From NCBI GenBank assembly GCA_002189035.1, contig NEEC01000012.1:1240001-1304000 (forward strand): a stretch of 64,000 nucleotides of DNA. The letters are read 5' to 3'. The stretch's first letter is position 1. Each line of letters begins with the position of its first letter. Below are positions 50,966 to 63,320 of the stretch, piece by piece. Source of the stretch: Utricularia gibba (Eukaryota; Plantae; Magnoliophyta). Both the position numbers and the translations under genes were made by a program. The notes beneath the pieces were generated by a model that had not been told where the DNA came from, ran no database searches, and saw nothing but the letters and a program-made list of their open reading frames with translations.

Positions 50966-53900
50966 AGATTAAGCAGTTAGATGTAAAGAATGAGTTTCTA
51001 TATGGAACAATATATTAAGAGTGACACCAGTTCAATGGATGCAACCGTTGGAATGGATGAGAAAGAAGAAGCAATCTATGGAAGAGATGCAAAAGAAGCA
51101 ACAGTCGCAAACAAAGCGATGAGGACGATCAAAGGACCTGCCACCTGAGTATGCATTGAATGCTTACAAGAGAGTGAGAGAAAAAAAGTGTGCGGGACTT
51201 GGACTCTTATGTTAAAATTAGCCTATGTCTTGAGTAGGCCTTTTAGGTTATATAGGCATCATCGAGTCTGTGATGTTCTAATTTTTTTGCTGCTATTTTA
51301 TGAACAAGTGTTTTTGGTGGATATGCTATTATGCTTGATAGTTGAGTTCGATACATTTATTTGATCATGCTTGAGCAGTGTCCTTAAATTTTCTATGCAA
51401 TCTTGGAGTCAATTTACATCGAGTAACCACCAGGTATGAGAGATACATTACATTCATTGCATGTATGTGAATTGAAACGTGTGCTCTATGGTCTCAAACA
51501 ATGACCTCGTGCTTGATTTGATAGATTCAATTCATATTTTCTAAACATTAGATTCATGAGTAGCCCTACAGAACTTTCATTATTTAACCCTAATGTTGGA
51601 GATGACACTATCCTTTTCCTTTTGTACGTTGATGACATTATTCTCATAGGGTGCTTGATAGTGCAATTACAAGAACTAGTAAACAATTTGAGTGCAGAAT
51701 TTGCAATGAAGTATCTTGAACCGTTACATCCTTTCTTAGAAGCAGAAATCACACAAAAAATAGATGATCTTCACCTGTCTCAAACTCACTATGCTTTCTC
51801 TATATAACTTTGAAATAAACGATTGCAAGCCAAATACATCACCAAAAGCTTCGAAGCTTCGAACTCCCTCATATGATGAACTACTTGATGAACTGATCAC
51901 CTTCAAAGCCTTAATTGGAGTACTACATTATCTTACTTTCACACGACCGGACAACTTCTACAGTGTCAATTATGCTGCACGGTGGTGCAAAGAATACTCA
52001 AGTATGTGAAAGGAACTCTAGAACTAAACCTCAAATTTCAGCGAAACATAAGCTTTCATATAAGTGCCAACTCAGATACAGATTGGTGCTCAAAGAAACA
52101 ACTTACACTATCCAAGTCAAGTACAAAGACAGAGTGTCGAGTTATGACAGAAATGGCAACTAAAGTAACATGGATACAATTTATCCATAAGGACTTGAGA
52201 GTTAACTTGGTTGAAACTCCGGCAATCTATTGTGACAACCTAAGTGCTCTCCACCTCTCCATCAATCCAATTCATCACTCTCACAGTAAGCATATTGAAC
52301 TTGACTACCATTTTATTAGAGAGAAAGTTGCCTCAAGATATTCATACTAATAAGAAAGTGGCAGAACTCTTTGCCAAACTTTTGTTAGTTGAGACAATGC
52401 AATATCTTTGTCGAAAATTCAATTTACAAACTGGGCATCAATTGAGGTAGAGTGTTAGGATTGAAAACTTGCCACAAGGTTGATAGAGAGATAAGGGTGA
52501 GGAGTAATAATGAAGGGTGGGAGATATGAGGAAGAGTAGATATAAGGTATGAATATATTCGAGAAGGAAGATATATCTTCAACAACAATCTCTCATATTT
52601 TGGTAATTAAGGTAAAATATTGGAATGAGAGGCAAATCTAGTGCTAGAGGAGCATCAAATTTGTGCAAGAGTTAAAGCTTATCCTTTTATTTGTTAGCTG
52701 AATTTATTAATCTCTTTGGCTAGCTCTATGTATAGAGCTTGAATTAATGTAAAACTTAGTATGAAACTAAAAAAAAAAATTTTATACTTTTTCTTTCAAG
52801 AATCATCACCAATTAAGAATTTCCATAGGATTCTAAGAATTCTTGTTATACATTCGTTCTAACCCTCAACCCTCTTTTTCTAAATTCATTGATATTGAAT
52901 CAATTGAATGAACTTCTAACACTTGTTCTACTTTTCGAATTCCCTAAATTCTATCACTAGATCTTGACTTTTCATATATAAAGTCAACTAAAATATCTCA
53001 TCATATAGAACTTCCCCATAATGACCATGAGATGTTGCTCTCAGGCAGAGTAAGGCTTATCTAATCGTATTACTATAAAATCAATTTCATTGAATATAAT
53101 TTGACCTGATTTTAGTCATGGTGCATTTGGGTTGATACAGATATTTTCACAAATAAAATGTCCAACACTTATTATTATATCTTTCTTGACAATAATTGGG
53201 ATGACAAAGTAACAAGTCAATTTCAAAAATAATATGACTCTTGAGATTTGGGTTATAACTTTTTTCATCCATTAAATAATATTTCAATTTCATTCTTTGA
53301 AAAGATTATGAGTTATTAAATGGTAAAATGCATAATCATTCATAACTAGAAAGATTGTTTCTAAAGGACCCATCCCATTTTTAATTGGAAATAGAAGATC
53401 TTTTGGAATTTGAATTGGTTCTTTCATTAAATTGGGGCATAAATGGATCCATCCAAAAATAATTGGATGATGAGATAACTATCAACGATTGGAATCCCAT
53501 ATTTCTATTCAATAGCATATGAATAGTTCCATGATTTTGATTTAGGGCGTTGTTGACTTACTGCCTTGGAGTAATGAGAAGAAAATGGATTGATATTGGT
53601 GTAATTCAATCCATTAGCAAAGAGCAGTCCTAAGGTTGACAAATCATATGAAATAGTGGATTTCCCTAAGTGGATTCTTTGAAAAGGTCAGGTCAACTCT
53701 ATTGACCAAATTTCAACAAAGTAAGCATGAGCTCCTTGATTCGAAGAGCTTTTTTTTTTTTTTGCGTTGCTCCCAATTCAATACTAAAGAAGTTCAAACT
53801 AATTCAATAATTGTATGTGAAATTGCTCAAATTAGTTTACCATTTCCATAAAGGAGATAACTAAAAATTTGTAATTTTCTATTATCCCTTTCATGCAATA

Positions 53901-54429
53901 AATATGGGGGAAAAAGTGTTGCTAAAGTTATATCATCCTTTATTTCATATATGACAATAATTATGTTTTTTGAGGGTGAATGTGAAAGATTCCCTCCCCT
54001 CCCCCTCCCCCTCCCCACCTCTTTTTTGTTTCCAATAGTTGAAACAACAAAAAAGAGAAAGATTAACTCTGATGCCACTTGATGTGACCTTTAAAATAAG
54101 AAGTGTTTGATAAATCACATTTTTTGGTTTTCAGTGAAACAGTCCTTCAAAAGAATAAAATTTGTTCCAAGGAAAGAATATCTTTGCAATCCAATTTATG
54201 GAAAGAGTGACATACTCAGAGAATAGGAAGAGGATGTGAGTAATGAATTACACTAGATACCTCAAGGAAAACTTGATGAATCTTAAGTTATTCAAGAACT
54301 AAATGTAGGTAGAGAAATAAACTTATTCAAAAGAAATGTAAGTCTAATTATTTATAATTGTTTGTTGCTCTACTTTGATTAGATGGTATGAAAGGTAATA
54401 GTGCTAATGAAACTCTAGAATCGGATCCA

Positions 54430-57400
54430 TCATCACAAATAATAATAGAAGTGATGTTGTATGGAAATATGCAGATGTGTAGAAAGTTGTTGGAAAGGAT
54501 ATCATAGTTTATAATTTATGTGATAAGAAATTTGAATGAGATGTAATTTATCGGGTGAAGCAATATATTGCTTGTATTAGAGGACAGACTATTAATCACT
54601 TAAGAGTTACTTTGGATGTGAGAGAAGAGATTTGTAAAGCCTTAAATATTGAATCATCTAACAGTAAGAAAAGAAAGGTTGCTAAGCAAGATGACCCTTT
54701 ATGTGACTATGATATATTTGACTAAACTTTGAAAAAAGATGATGAAATGTTAAAGGCAACCAAAAAGGAATGAAGCAATCTACAATAAAAAAAAAATTAA
54801 TTGAAAAAGATATAGTAGCAAAAACTTTCTTATTGGAAAGTTTTTTATGATTTAAGTATTGCTCTAAGTACTTGTAGATTTACAAATTTTATAAAGATGC
54901 TAGTTGTGGCTTCATAGTTGGGTGATTCTTCAGAAATTCCATTCTATTATGAGTTACACATTTCTATTATGAAACATATTAAACAAGAACTAATGCCTTA
55001 GATAGATGGTTTGAGAAATAGTTGGGTTGAAACAGATACAACTATGATAACTTATGATTTGGACTAATATAAATTCTAAATCTTTGGTGAATTTCTTTTG
55101 ATAACTTTGTGGACTTGTCTTCCAAGATTAAGGATATAAAGACATTGCTGTCATTGTTTGTAGAAGTCATTGAATAGATTGGCCCAAAAAATATTATTTG
55201 GGTTATTACTAATATTGCAATCAATTACCATAAAAAGTAGAGAGATTACTTGAGTTACACTATGGTACACTTGTATGGTGTCCATATGAAGTTCATTGTA
55301 TCAACTTAATGTTCAAAGATATTAGATTGCTACCTAGTATTAAGCTATTAGTGGAAAGAGCATCTATTGTTTCAAGCTTTGTGTATAACCATGATCATTG
55401 ACTTATGGTTACAAAAAAGGGAAACTAGGAGAGAAATAATTGCACCATCTGGGGCTAGATTTGAAACAAATTTCATTGCTCTCTCCAGTCTTGTTGCTCG
55501 TCAAGATGATCTTCAAGCTCTTAGTTAAATCAAAACTTTTTGAACTTTGTAATGGAAAAAGAGGGGAAAGACATAAAGTTTAAGGAAATTGTTAGACATC
55601 TAAACTTTTTAGAATGATTGTGAGGTTATCATCACAATACTTAAACCTCTTATGAAGTTTCTAAGGATTGTTGGTGTGGAAAAAAGGCCTATAATTGGAT
55701 TTGTTTATGATGGCATGACAATTGTGATTGAAACAATGAAGGTATGTTGTGATCCAAATAAAAGAATTTATGATGCATTTACAAAAAATCATTGAAAGAC
55801 GTTGAGATGAGAAGTTTAGAAAGCAAATTCACATGATGGTTATTATTATGGTATGTAGTCTCTAGTGTCATAGTTAGGCATAGTGCATGTCTACTAATCA
55901 TAGTTATGTATGAAATGAATAAGAGATGAGGGTCCACATTAGTATGCACATTGTTTCTAGAAACCAATAGGAAAGATGCAGGTGCTAATTAAAGGAAATG
56001 CCACATGGCAACCTTAGGTTAGAGGGGGTATTGACTCATGGAGTCTTTTAAGTTCTCGATAATAGAGTTGTTTAGGAAACCTTGAGGATCAGGGTTGTAG
56101 AGGATAAGGGATACAACAAGAGAGTGAAGGGAAGTTCTTAATTCTAGTTATAAGAAGGGATTACTTTTGTAAGGAGTAAGGTAAGTGGGATGAATGCTAC
56201 TACCTTTTGTTAGAAACATGTTTTTCATGTTTCTCTAGAACAAGATGTGGCTATGTGCTTATATGTTTTCTTTTTTTTTTTTTACTTCCAAAGGGTGTTC
56301 TTCCTGATTTGCAAGCTCATCTTTCTTCTTCATCATTCATTATCCTGTAAAGACCAGCAGGGCATGCTCTATGGAAACCATCATTTCTTTTGTTGTTTGG
56401 TGCTCGAAAAATCCATTTAGAGTCCCTAAAATCCTCTTGTTTCAGCTTTAACTACTCTTTCAAGGAATATGTGCTTTTTTTTTTTTTTAGATTTTACACT
56501 CAAACATTTCTCTCTTTACTTTAGTCATGTTTATCTTTTTACAAATTGTAGTAGCATGACCACTTCATGTTTTTAACTTGTTCTAGGTGTGGAAGGGAAT
56601 AGCTAGAGGTTAGGTGATTAACCAAAGTAGGAGTGTGCCTTTCCAGACTGCAAATAGCTTCTTAGTGGCTATAGGATAATAAGTTGTGTGTGGGGATATA
56701 TCCCATTTAGGCTTGTTGTAGTTCTTATGCATGCTAGGTTGGTGGCATAACAATATGTATGTAAACAGAGCCTAAGTTGTTCTCTATGTAAATTATATGG
56801 GTAAGGTTGCTTTAGAGTCCTATATCTTGGGCTTGATAGTCATGACTCCTGCCTCTTGGGCCCTAGGCATTGGTCCTGATAGTTATTTCTTCAATTCATG
56901 TTTTCAATATGATCAAGGACATGCAAGTGAATTAGCGAAAGTTGGTGATAATGTCATTAACATCTTTGAGTATTTTGATGGATATGATATCTATGCATGT
57001 AATATAAATGAATTATTTTAGGGAAAAAAAATTTGTTTACAAGAGTGATGGCTCAAAAAAATTATTATAGCAAAGAATATGATACTAAAACCAGATTAAA
57101 TATAATATATATTGCTCTCTTTATATTATTTTCTTTGATCCTTGTTGATACTTCATATTCATTATTGATACGTATGATTTGTACTTGTGTTATAGCTCAA
57201 CGGTGGAAGTCCTTCGGTTCAAGCACCTCATTGGTAAGGGATCTTGCTGTGAAGATTCTTGGGCAAACATGTTTTTCTGGTTGTGAGCAGAATTGGAAAG
57301 TTTTTTATCATATACATACCAAGAAACATAATCGGTTAGAGCATAAATAACTTAATGATCTCATGATTATGAAATACAATGGTAAACTCTGAGGGAGGTA

Positions 57401-58158
57401 TGTTCTTAATTATAACTGTGATTTATCAATTAAATTTCATTGATGTGTACTATGTATTACAACTTGTATATGCATTTTAATCATAGATGACAATTTGAAA
57501 GTAAGGATTATGACTCTATTGATATCAATCATATTGGTGAGGATGATACTTGGATTCATGAGGATGATGATGATCAATTTCTTGATGTTGAGAATATTGA
57601 AAAGACTCTTTATGAAGAGCTTGAGCCAACAAAAGTTGAAGATAGTGAGGAGAATAATGATTCCTATGCTCTTAGTTTGCCAACATTTGCTAGTTATTAT
57701 TTTTTTTCAGAATTCTTAAAATCATGTATTTGCTATAGGTTTTAATATTCCAATGCCACAAACAAGTCAATTGAATGATAATTTGGATTATGGTATTCTA
57801 AACATCATTAATTTGAAATTGAATGCAGAAGACATGCTTGGGAATGAGATCAACAATTATGAAAATGATTACCATGAAGTAATTGAACATGACTTTGATG
57901 TCCATACTTTTATTAATGAGAATGAAGATACTATGCTATATTAGTTGCTTAGACATTTGAATTTGATTTTCAATCATTCATCTTTTTTGAATGAATTAAT
58001 TATTTGATTGGTAGTTGGTATACCAACAATTCACAATTACATTTTTATTGATAAAAATTAATAAAAATATTAATATTTTATGATTGGTTCCAAGTTTGAC
58101 CGGTTGGAACTGATTTCATAATCGAATCGGTGTGTTACCAGTCCGGTTTTGAAAACCA
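54430..58158 (+). mobile_element. hAT transposon relic (zf-BED, DUF659-type core, C-terminal dimerisation domain) with right TIR
   Basis: BED-like VWKYA...YRVKQYIA; IGPKNII; ARFETNFIAL; PLMKFLRIV..KRPIIGFVYDGM; WKSFGSSTSLVRDLAVKILGQTCFSGCEQNWKVF..IHTKKHNRLEH. Terminal GTCCGGTTTTGAAAACCA at 58141-58158. Many stops. Confidence 0.85.
55844..56881. mobile_element. Solo LTR-like insertion (1038 bp) in the hAT transposase
   Basis: Perfect 5-bp TSD GTTAT (55839-55843 / 56882-56886) interrupting the GYxxNPxFQY motif. Ends are TA..TA rather than TG..CA. Confidence 0.7.
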
Positions 58159-59481
58159 GTTCTTAATCGTAGGATTATTTGGCGTGAGAATGCTTGAAGT
58201 CAAAGAAACTAAATATGGAAATAGAGAATGGTGACAACATTACTTGAGGACTAGTAGGATATGACAGTATCACTATCAGGGCCAGTTTGGTAGAGTAGAA
58301 TTCTTTGGTTTTATTTGGATAGGAAAATCAATTTAGTTGTTTAGTAACCATGATTAATTTAAACCTTCCCTTAATGAATATATATATATTGATTTATATA
58401 GTTTATCAGTTTTTTGCGGTCCAATGTACCAAACATGCAAAATTTTTAAACCTAAGTAAATGTAAACACATCAAATATCTCAAATAACTCTAATCCAATT
58501 TATTCCAATCCTATGTATCAAACTGGCCTTTAGTGGTACACTATCTTGACAATATTGAAATATCTATTTTATTTAATTGTAGGACTATGTATTGTTTCTT
58601 GTCAAGTGATTGTGCAAGTAATTTAAGAATGTCTGGGGAGGAGACGTAGTTAAGACGCAAAGGAGGCACAGCACAAGCATGTGCAACTAATGTTATAACA
58701 AAGCGATTTGTCACCATAAGAAAAGGATATGCATTTAGATCCTTATAACAGATTAAGCTTTTCTTATAGAAATAGAAATTTAATACTTATGAAAAAAAGT
58801 TCTCTTCCTTACCATTGTCAACTTCATGAAAATTTTGTATCTACAATAGTCACGAAATCTTTCTATCATCTCTTGTCTAGTAAAAACTTTTCCCATTCAT
58901 GATTTTTGTACTTTCCAAATTATAAAATCTCATTGCGTTACTTTATTTGGTATCATGAACTAATATGAGATCTTAAATCATCTTCTTAAAATGATCGATA
59001 TTTGAACGTATACGAAAAGAAATATATTATGATCAGAATATATCATTTACTTCCTAAAATTCAACTAAATTGGAATTTCAAAATCGGTTTTTTAATAGTG
59101 CAAATTTATCGAGGGCCAATGCGGGTCGTGAAACACGAAATTTTCGTACAAATCATAAATAATATTTAGTTTATTTATTCAAGGGACCCAAATTCCATTT
59201 TTTTTTATTGTTTTTAAATTTGGAGCGAAATTTGGGGAGACCGCGGCCAGCCGCTAAATTCCCCGTTTCCCCGATATAGTAGTTTTTCATTGTCCAAAAA
59301 AAAGAGGCGATTCTTTGGTTTGGAAATGGATCCGAGAAATTTGTATTTCGCCTCTCATTTCAACGGTTTACGACTGGAAGCGGTGCTGAAATCAACCAGT
59401 TGGTGTTATTACGTTGAAGAACATAGCATTTTTCCCAATTCGAGTTGCCTATGCCGTTGATGCGACGCACGTTTAACAAAA

Positions 59482-62437
59482 ATGGTACATTCGATGGTAG
59501 AAAGAGCGACCAGCAGTTTGCTGATCGGCCCAGATTGGGCTATGAACCTGGAGATTTGTGATGTCTGTAACCATGATCCTGGGCAAGTTGCATCTTCGTT
59601 TCCTTGTTTATAGATTTATGTTCTTTTCCTACTATTGAAGGTTCGTTTTGATTTGTACAGCCAGGCAAAAGATGTTGTCAAGAGTATCAAGAAGCGAGTA
59701 CGTAGCAAAAACCCGAAAGTCCAGCTTCTAGCCTTGACAGTGAGCCCGGGTTCCATGTCTAACTTACATTGTATATTGAATGAGTAAAAAGCTTCAAGTA
59801 CTTATCATGCTCACGCATTTCTGGAAAGTTAACCAAATTCATTCGACGCTAGATGTTTTTCTATCTTTGGTGATTTGTTTCCATCAAGAAATACGTGTAA
59901 ATTCTGTTATAGTAAGGGGTATTTGATAAGGATGCCACAGAGGAGGATAGCCCATTTTTATGAAAAGTGATAGATTTGTTCGAGCATTAGCGGTTTGAGT
60001 CCCACTGATGATACTTTTGGTAGCATGCCGATGGCCAAAAAAAAAAAAAAGAAAAAAATGAATGACTTCCTAACTGTGCTGTTTTGAATAGTGATTCTAT
60101 TGTCAACAAAAAGTACACGGTTGTTTAACATAGTTCTTTTTGTAGCTATTGGAGACTGTTGTGAACAACGGTGGTGATATTGTTCATATGCTTGTTGCTG
60201 AGAAAGATTTACCTTATGAGATAATTAAAATCCTGAAAAAGAAGGTACTGAATACTGCCTTGTGTTGGTTCACACTCAGGACTACTTGCTGCTCCTTCCG
60301 GTAAAATAACATCTTTTTTACAGCCAGATTCTCAGGTTAGAGAGAAGATCTTGGCAATAATTGATACCTGGAAAACAAAATTTGGTGGACCAATGAGTAA
60401 ACACCCACAATACCTTGCTGCATACCATGAGATATTGGTATGTCATGCAACCATCAGCCTAATGTCTTCGTTTGTGAATTTTCTGCCTCGTATCTTTCTG
60501 GTTAATATCCCTTCATCTGTTTCCATGTCTACATTTTAATCAGCGTCTTGGACCTGTTTTTACTCGAAGATCCGAAATATCAACTCCAATTTTTAAACCT
60601 CCACAAGCTCCACAAATGTCTTCATTCTCCAAACATCCTTCTAAATCAGAATCTAATGAAGTTGGCTCGTCTGCAGAAGACGAGTTTCCAACTTTGAGGT
60701 AGAGTTTCCTGCTTCTTGCAAAAACCGCCGCTTCATATATTGTACTCTATAATTTATTAAGATTTACCTGATATTTGCATTGTTTTTCTGTAGTTTGACC
60801 GAGATTCAAAATGCACGTGGTGTTATGGACGTACTTGCTGAAATGCTTCTCGCTTCAAATCCTGATAACGTACAGGTATTATCAGATCAGTGTTTAAATC
60901 TTTCGTCCTTGTATTCAGAACTTCTACAGCTATGAAATGACAACAGTTCAATTAAGTTTATCTCTGGGATATTATTAACTTGTGATTTGCACCGCAGAGC
61001 CTCAAGCAAGAAGTTTTTGTCGATCTAGTGGAACAGTGCCGCAAGTACAAGCATAGAGTGGTTCATCTTGTTAACTCCACTGCGTAAGCATTCTCTATTA
61101 TAACTATATTTCCTTATTGCAAGGCCAAGTTGAACACATTGAAAAATGTATGCATGTAGCTCGGGTGAATTTCTAATCATCATGCACGCTTGCTGATGCA
61201 GAGATGAATCACTACTATGTCAAGGCCTGGCACTAAATGATGACTTGCAGCGCCTACTGGAAAAACACGAAGCTCTTGCCGCTGCAGCCAGATCGAGAGA
61301 ATCTGAACCTGATTTACCTTTGGTCAAATTTGATGCTCCTCTTATTGACACCAGTGATGAGAACCTGAATGAAGGGTATTTCTGATCCTTTGATATTCAT
61401 CTTAGTGCTGCGCCTCTGCACATTTTGGTTTCAATATTTTACGGTCGCATAAATAATCATCTGAGGCTCAGATTTAATGTTCAGGTATACGATAAGTGAT
61501 ACCTTCAAGACAGAACTTCTTCTCCCTGCTCCTTTAGAAAACAGTGCTCAAACCGTAGTTCCTGCAGCTAATATTGATCTTTTGAGTGGATATGGCAAAG
61601 AATCACTCGAAGAAAATTCTGTAGCTCTAGTTCCTGTTGGGCCAACCCAGCCATCTACACCTGTTTCACCTCATAAAAACGCTCTATCCTTGGTTGTTTC
61701 AATTCCACAGAGCAGTGCATCGTTCGGTCAAGTATATCAGTGGCCAACTCGCAGCATTCCTTAGGTTCCCATGCTCAAATAACCTTTTTATTTTCAGGGT
61801 TCTGGTTCCCCTTGGAGTTCTCATATGATAGAGCAGCAGCACCAGGGGTCACCTATTTGTGGTTGATTTCTATCCTCTACTCTTGATTTACTTGGCTCCC
61901 TCTGCTTTAAATATTCTAAAAATATTAAGAAAAGTTGCTAATGGTGACCTGTAATTAGGTGGTCAAAACGCTCTTGCTCTTCCACCTCCACCATGGGAAA
62001 TTCAACTGGACAGCAGTAACGGCCATGCTCAGCAAGTTCATGTCACAGTGACTCAAGTAGTCATCAATCAATCCCCTCCACAGTCTCCAAGCTCCATGAT
62101 GAACGATCAGCCAACCGGAATATACGGCCAACCGAATGCTACAAACACCGCCAGCCATTCCCTCTTTCCCGGTTACCACGAAATGCCACCGGCTCCGTAT
62201 CCTCCTCTCCAACTACAAACCGAACAGATGGGGGATTATAGTTGTATGTACCCCAGGCATGGGCAAATCTATGGCTACAACCATCCAAACGTACAGTTTA
62301 TTGAGCGAGGGAGAAGCATGGATAAAGCATCAGTAACTGCTCCGAGAAAGAGGACTGATGACAAGCTGTTTGGTGACCTTGTTGACCTCTCCAAGTTCAG
62401 GCCAACTACCCCGAGTAGAACTAATGGGAGCATTTGA
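59482..62437 (+). CDS. TOL9: TOM1-like (TOL) VHS-GAT ESCRT-0-like protein, TOL9/TOL6 subgroup; exons 59482-59582, 59661-59739, 60146-60244, 60324-60437, 60544-60698, 60794-60875, 60998-61083, 61202-61375, 61485-61731, 61798-61861, 61959-62437
   Basis: VHS: MVERATSSLLIGPDWAMNLEICD, QAKDVVK, VREKILAIIDTW. GAT: SLTEIQNARGVMDVLAEML, DLVEQCR, LLCQGLALNDDLQRLL. Also LPPPPWE and C-terminal DDKLFGDLVDLSKF. All junctions are in phase. Exact orthology (TOL9 vs TOL6) is untested. Confidence 0.92.
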
Positions 62438-62710
62438 ACTGCCAAACACACCTTTGAATCTTTGACTCATGTATTCTGAACATGTGTTTACAGACATCCA
62501 ATAAATTATATTTGCTGATTTTAGAGATCCCCTCATGTTATTTGACAAGGTTATAATCTTCTAACTGATAAAAGAAAGCAAGGATTCCATCTGTTATTTA
62601 ACAGCGCAGTCTACAAACACTGATCTTACAAAAACCACTGGCTCTTATTATACCACATGAATATGGGAATGGGGATGTCTTCTTACCATCCATGAACTCC
62701 AAAGCTGCCA

Positions 62711-63320
62711 CTATAACTTGGCCTGCTGTCTCAGCATCCCAATGAAGCAGAATACAGTAACTCTAGATGAAGCGATTAAGGTCCTCGTCTCAGGATTTGG
62801 ATTATCCGGATCATCTTCTTTCATGATGCGCACATCCCACACCTGATGAATAAAACAACAGGTTGTGCGTCATCATCCAAGATGATAGAGCAACACTACT
62901 CATCAAATGTGTTATTTACATGAATGGACTTGCCCATGGTCACTGGGGTAGCCTCCGCCACTATGTAATCCCCTGGCTTAGCAGACTTGAGATGGTTGAT
63001 GCTAAGCTGCACTCCTGCTACTCTGTTACCACCCGTAGCAACGGAAGCTCCGATGCTAGCGACACCCTCAGCTATCATGGCCGACAGACCTCCATGAAGA
63101 ACACCAAATGGCTGCTCAAACATTTCACATATAAATTTGGTTTCACTACTTCATGAGCTAAACTGCAATCAGGCAGCAAGAAACTCACCTGACAGCACCT
63201 TGGAGTGATGAGAAGGTGACCAGAGACTTTTTCATGTGAAACTTCATCAAATTCAAACCCAAATGTACTCAATGGAGCATCCAGTTGGCTACTATCGAAT
63301 TTCACGGATGTTTCACTCAT
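62711..63320 (-). CDS. DHNAT1: 1,4-dihydroxy-2-naphthoyl-CoA thioesterase (hotdog-fold PaaI family), peroxisomal; exons 63320-63189, 63111-62920, 62842-62711 (151 aa)
   Basis: LDAPL..FGFEFDE, CCQPFGVLHGGLSAMIAE, RVAGVQLSINHLKSA, VWDV..SSRVT. C-terminal AKL* is a PTS1 signal. Two phase-0 GT-AG introns. Confidence 0.92.

Larger units (their letters stand above)
39942..52798 (+). mobile_element. Ty1/Copia element A (Ale-like), host of two nested Copias; 5' LTR ~39942-40273 (5'-clipped), 3' LTR 52453-~52798
   Basis: Related LTRs (TTGCCACAAGG...GAGGAAGAGTAGAT...GAGTTAAAGCTTATC). PBS-like GGTATCAAAGC at 40275. Gag NFVSIRLTPTNY, integrase SDGGGEF, RT and RNase H SKHIELDYHFIREKV. PPT before 52453. 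No TSD found. Confidence 0.88.

Noticed and set aside
52800-53900. Possible Athila/SIRE-type LTR fragment, with similar-looking sequence at 31700-32450
   Set aside because: Only a compositional resemblance; no termini, TSD or coding motifs could be fixed by eye.
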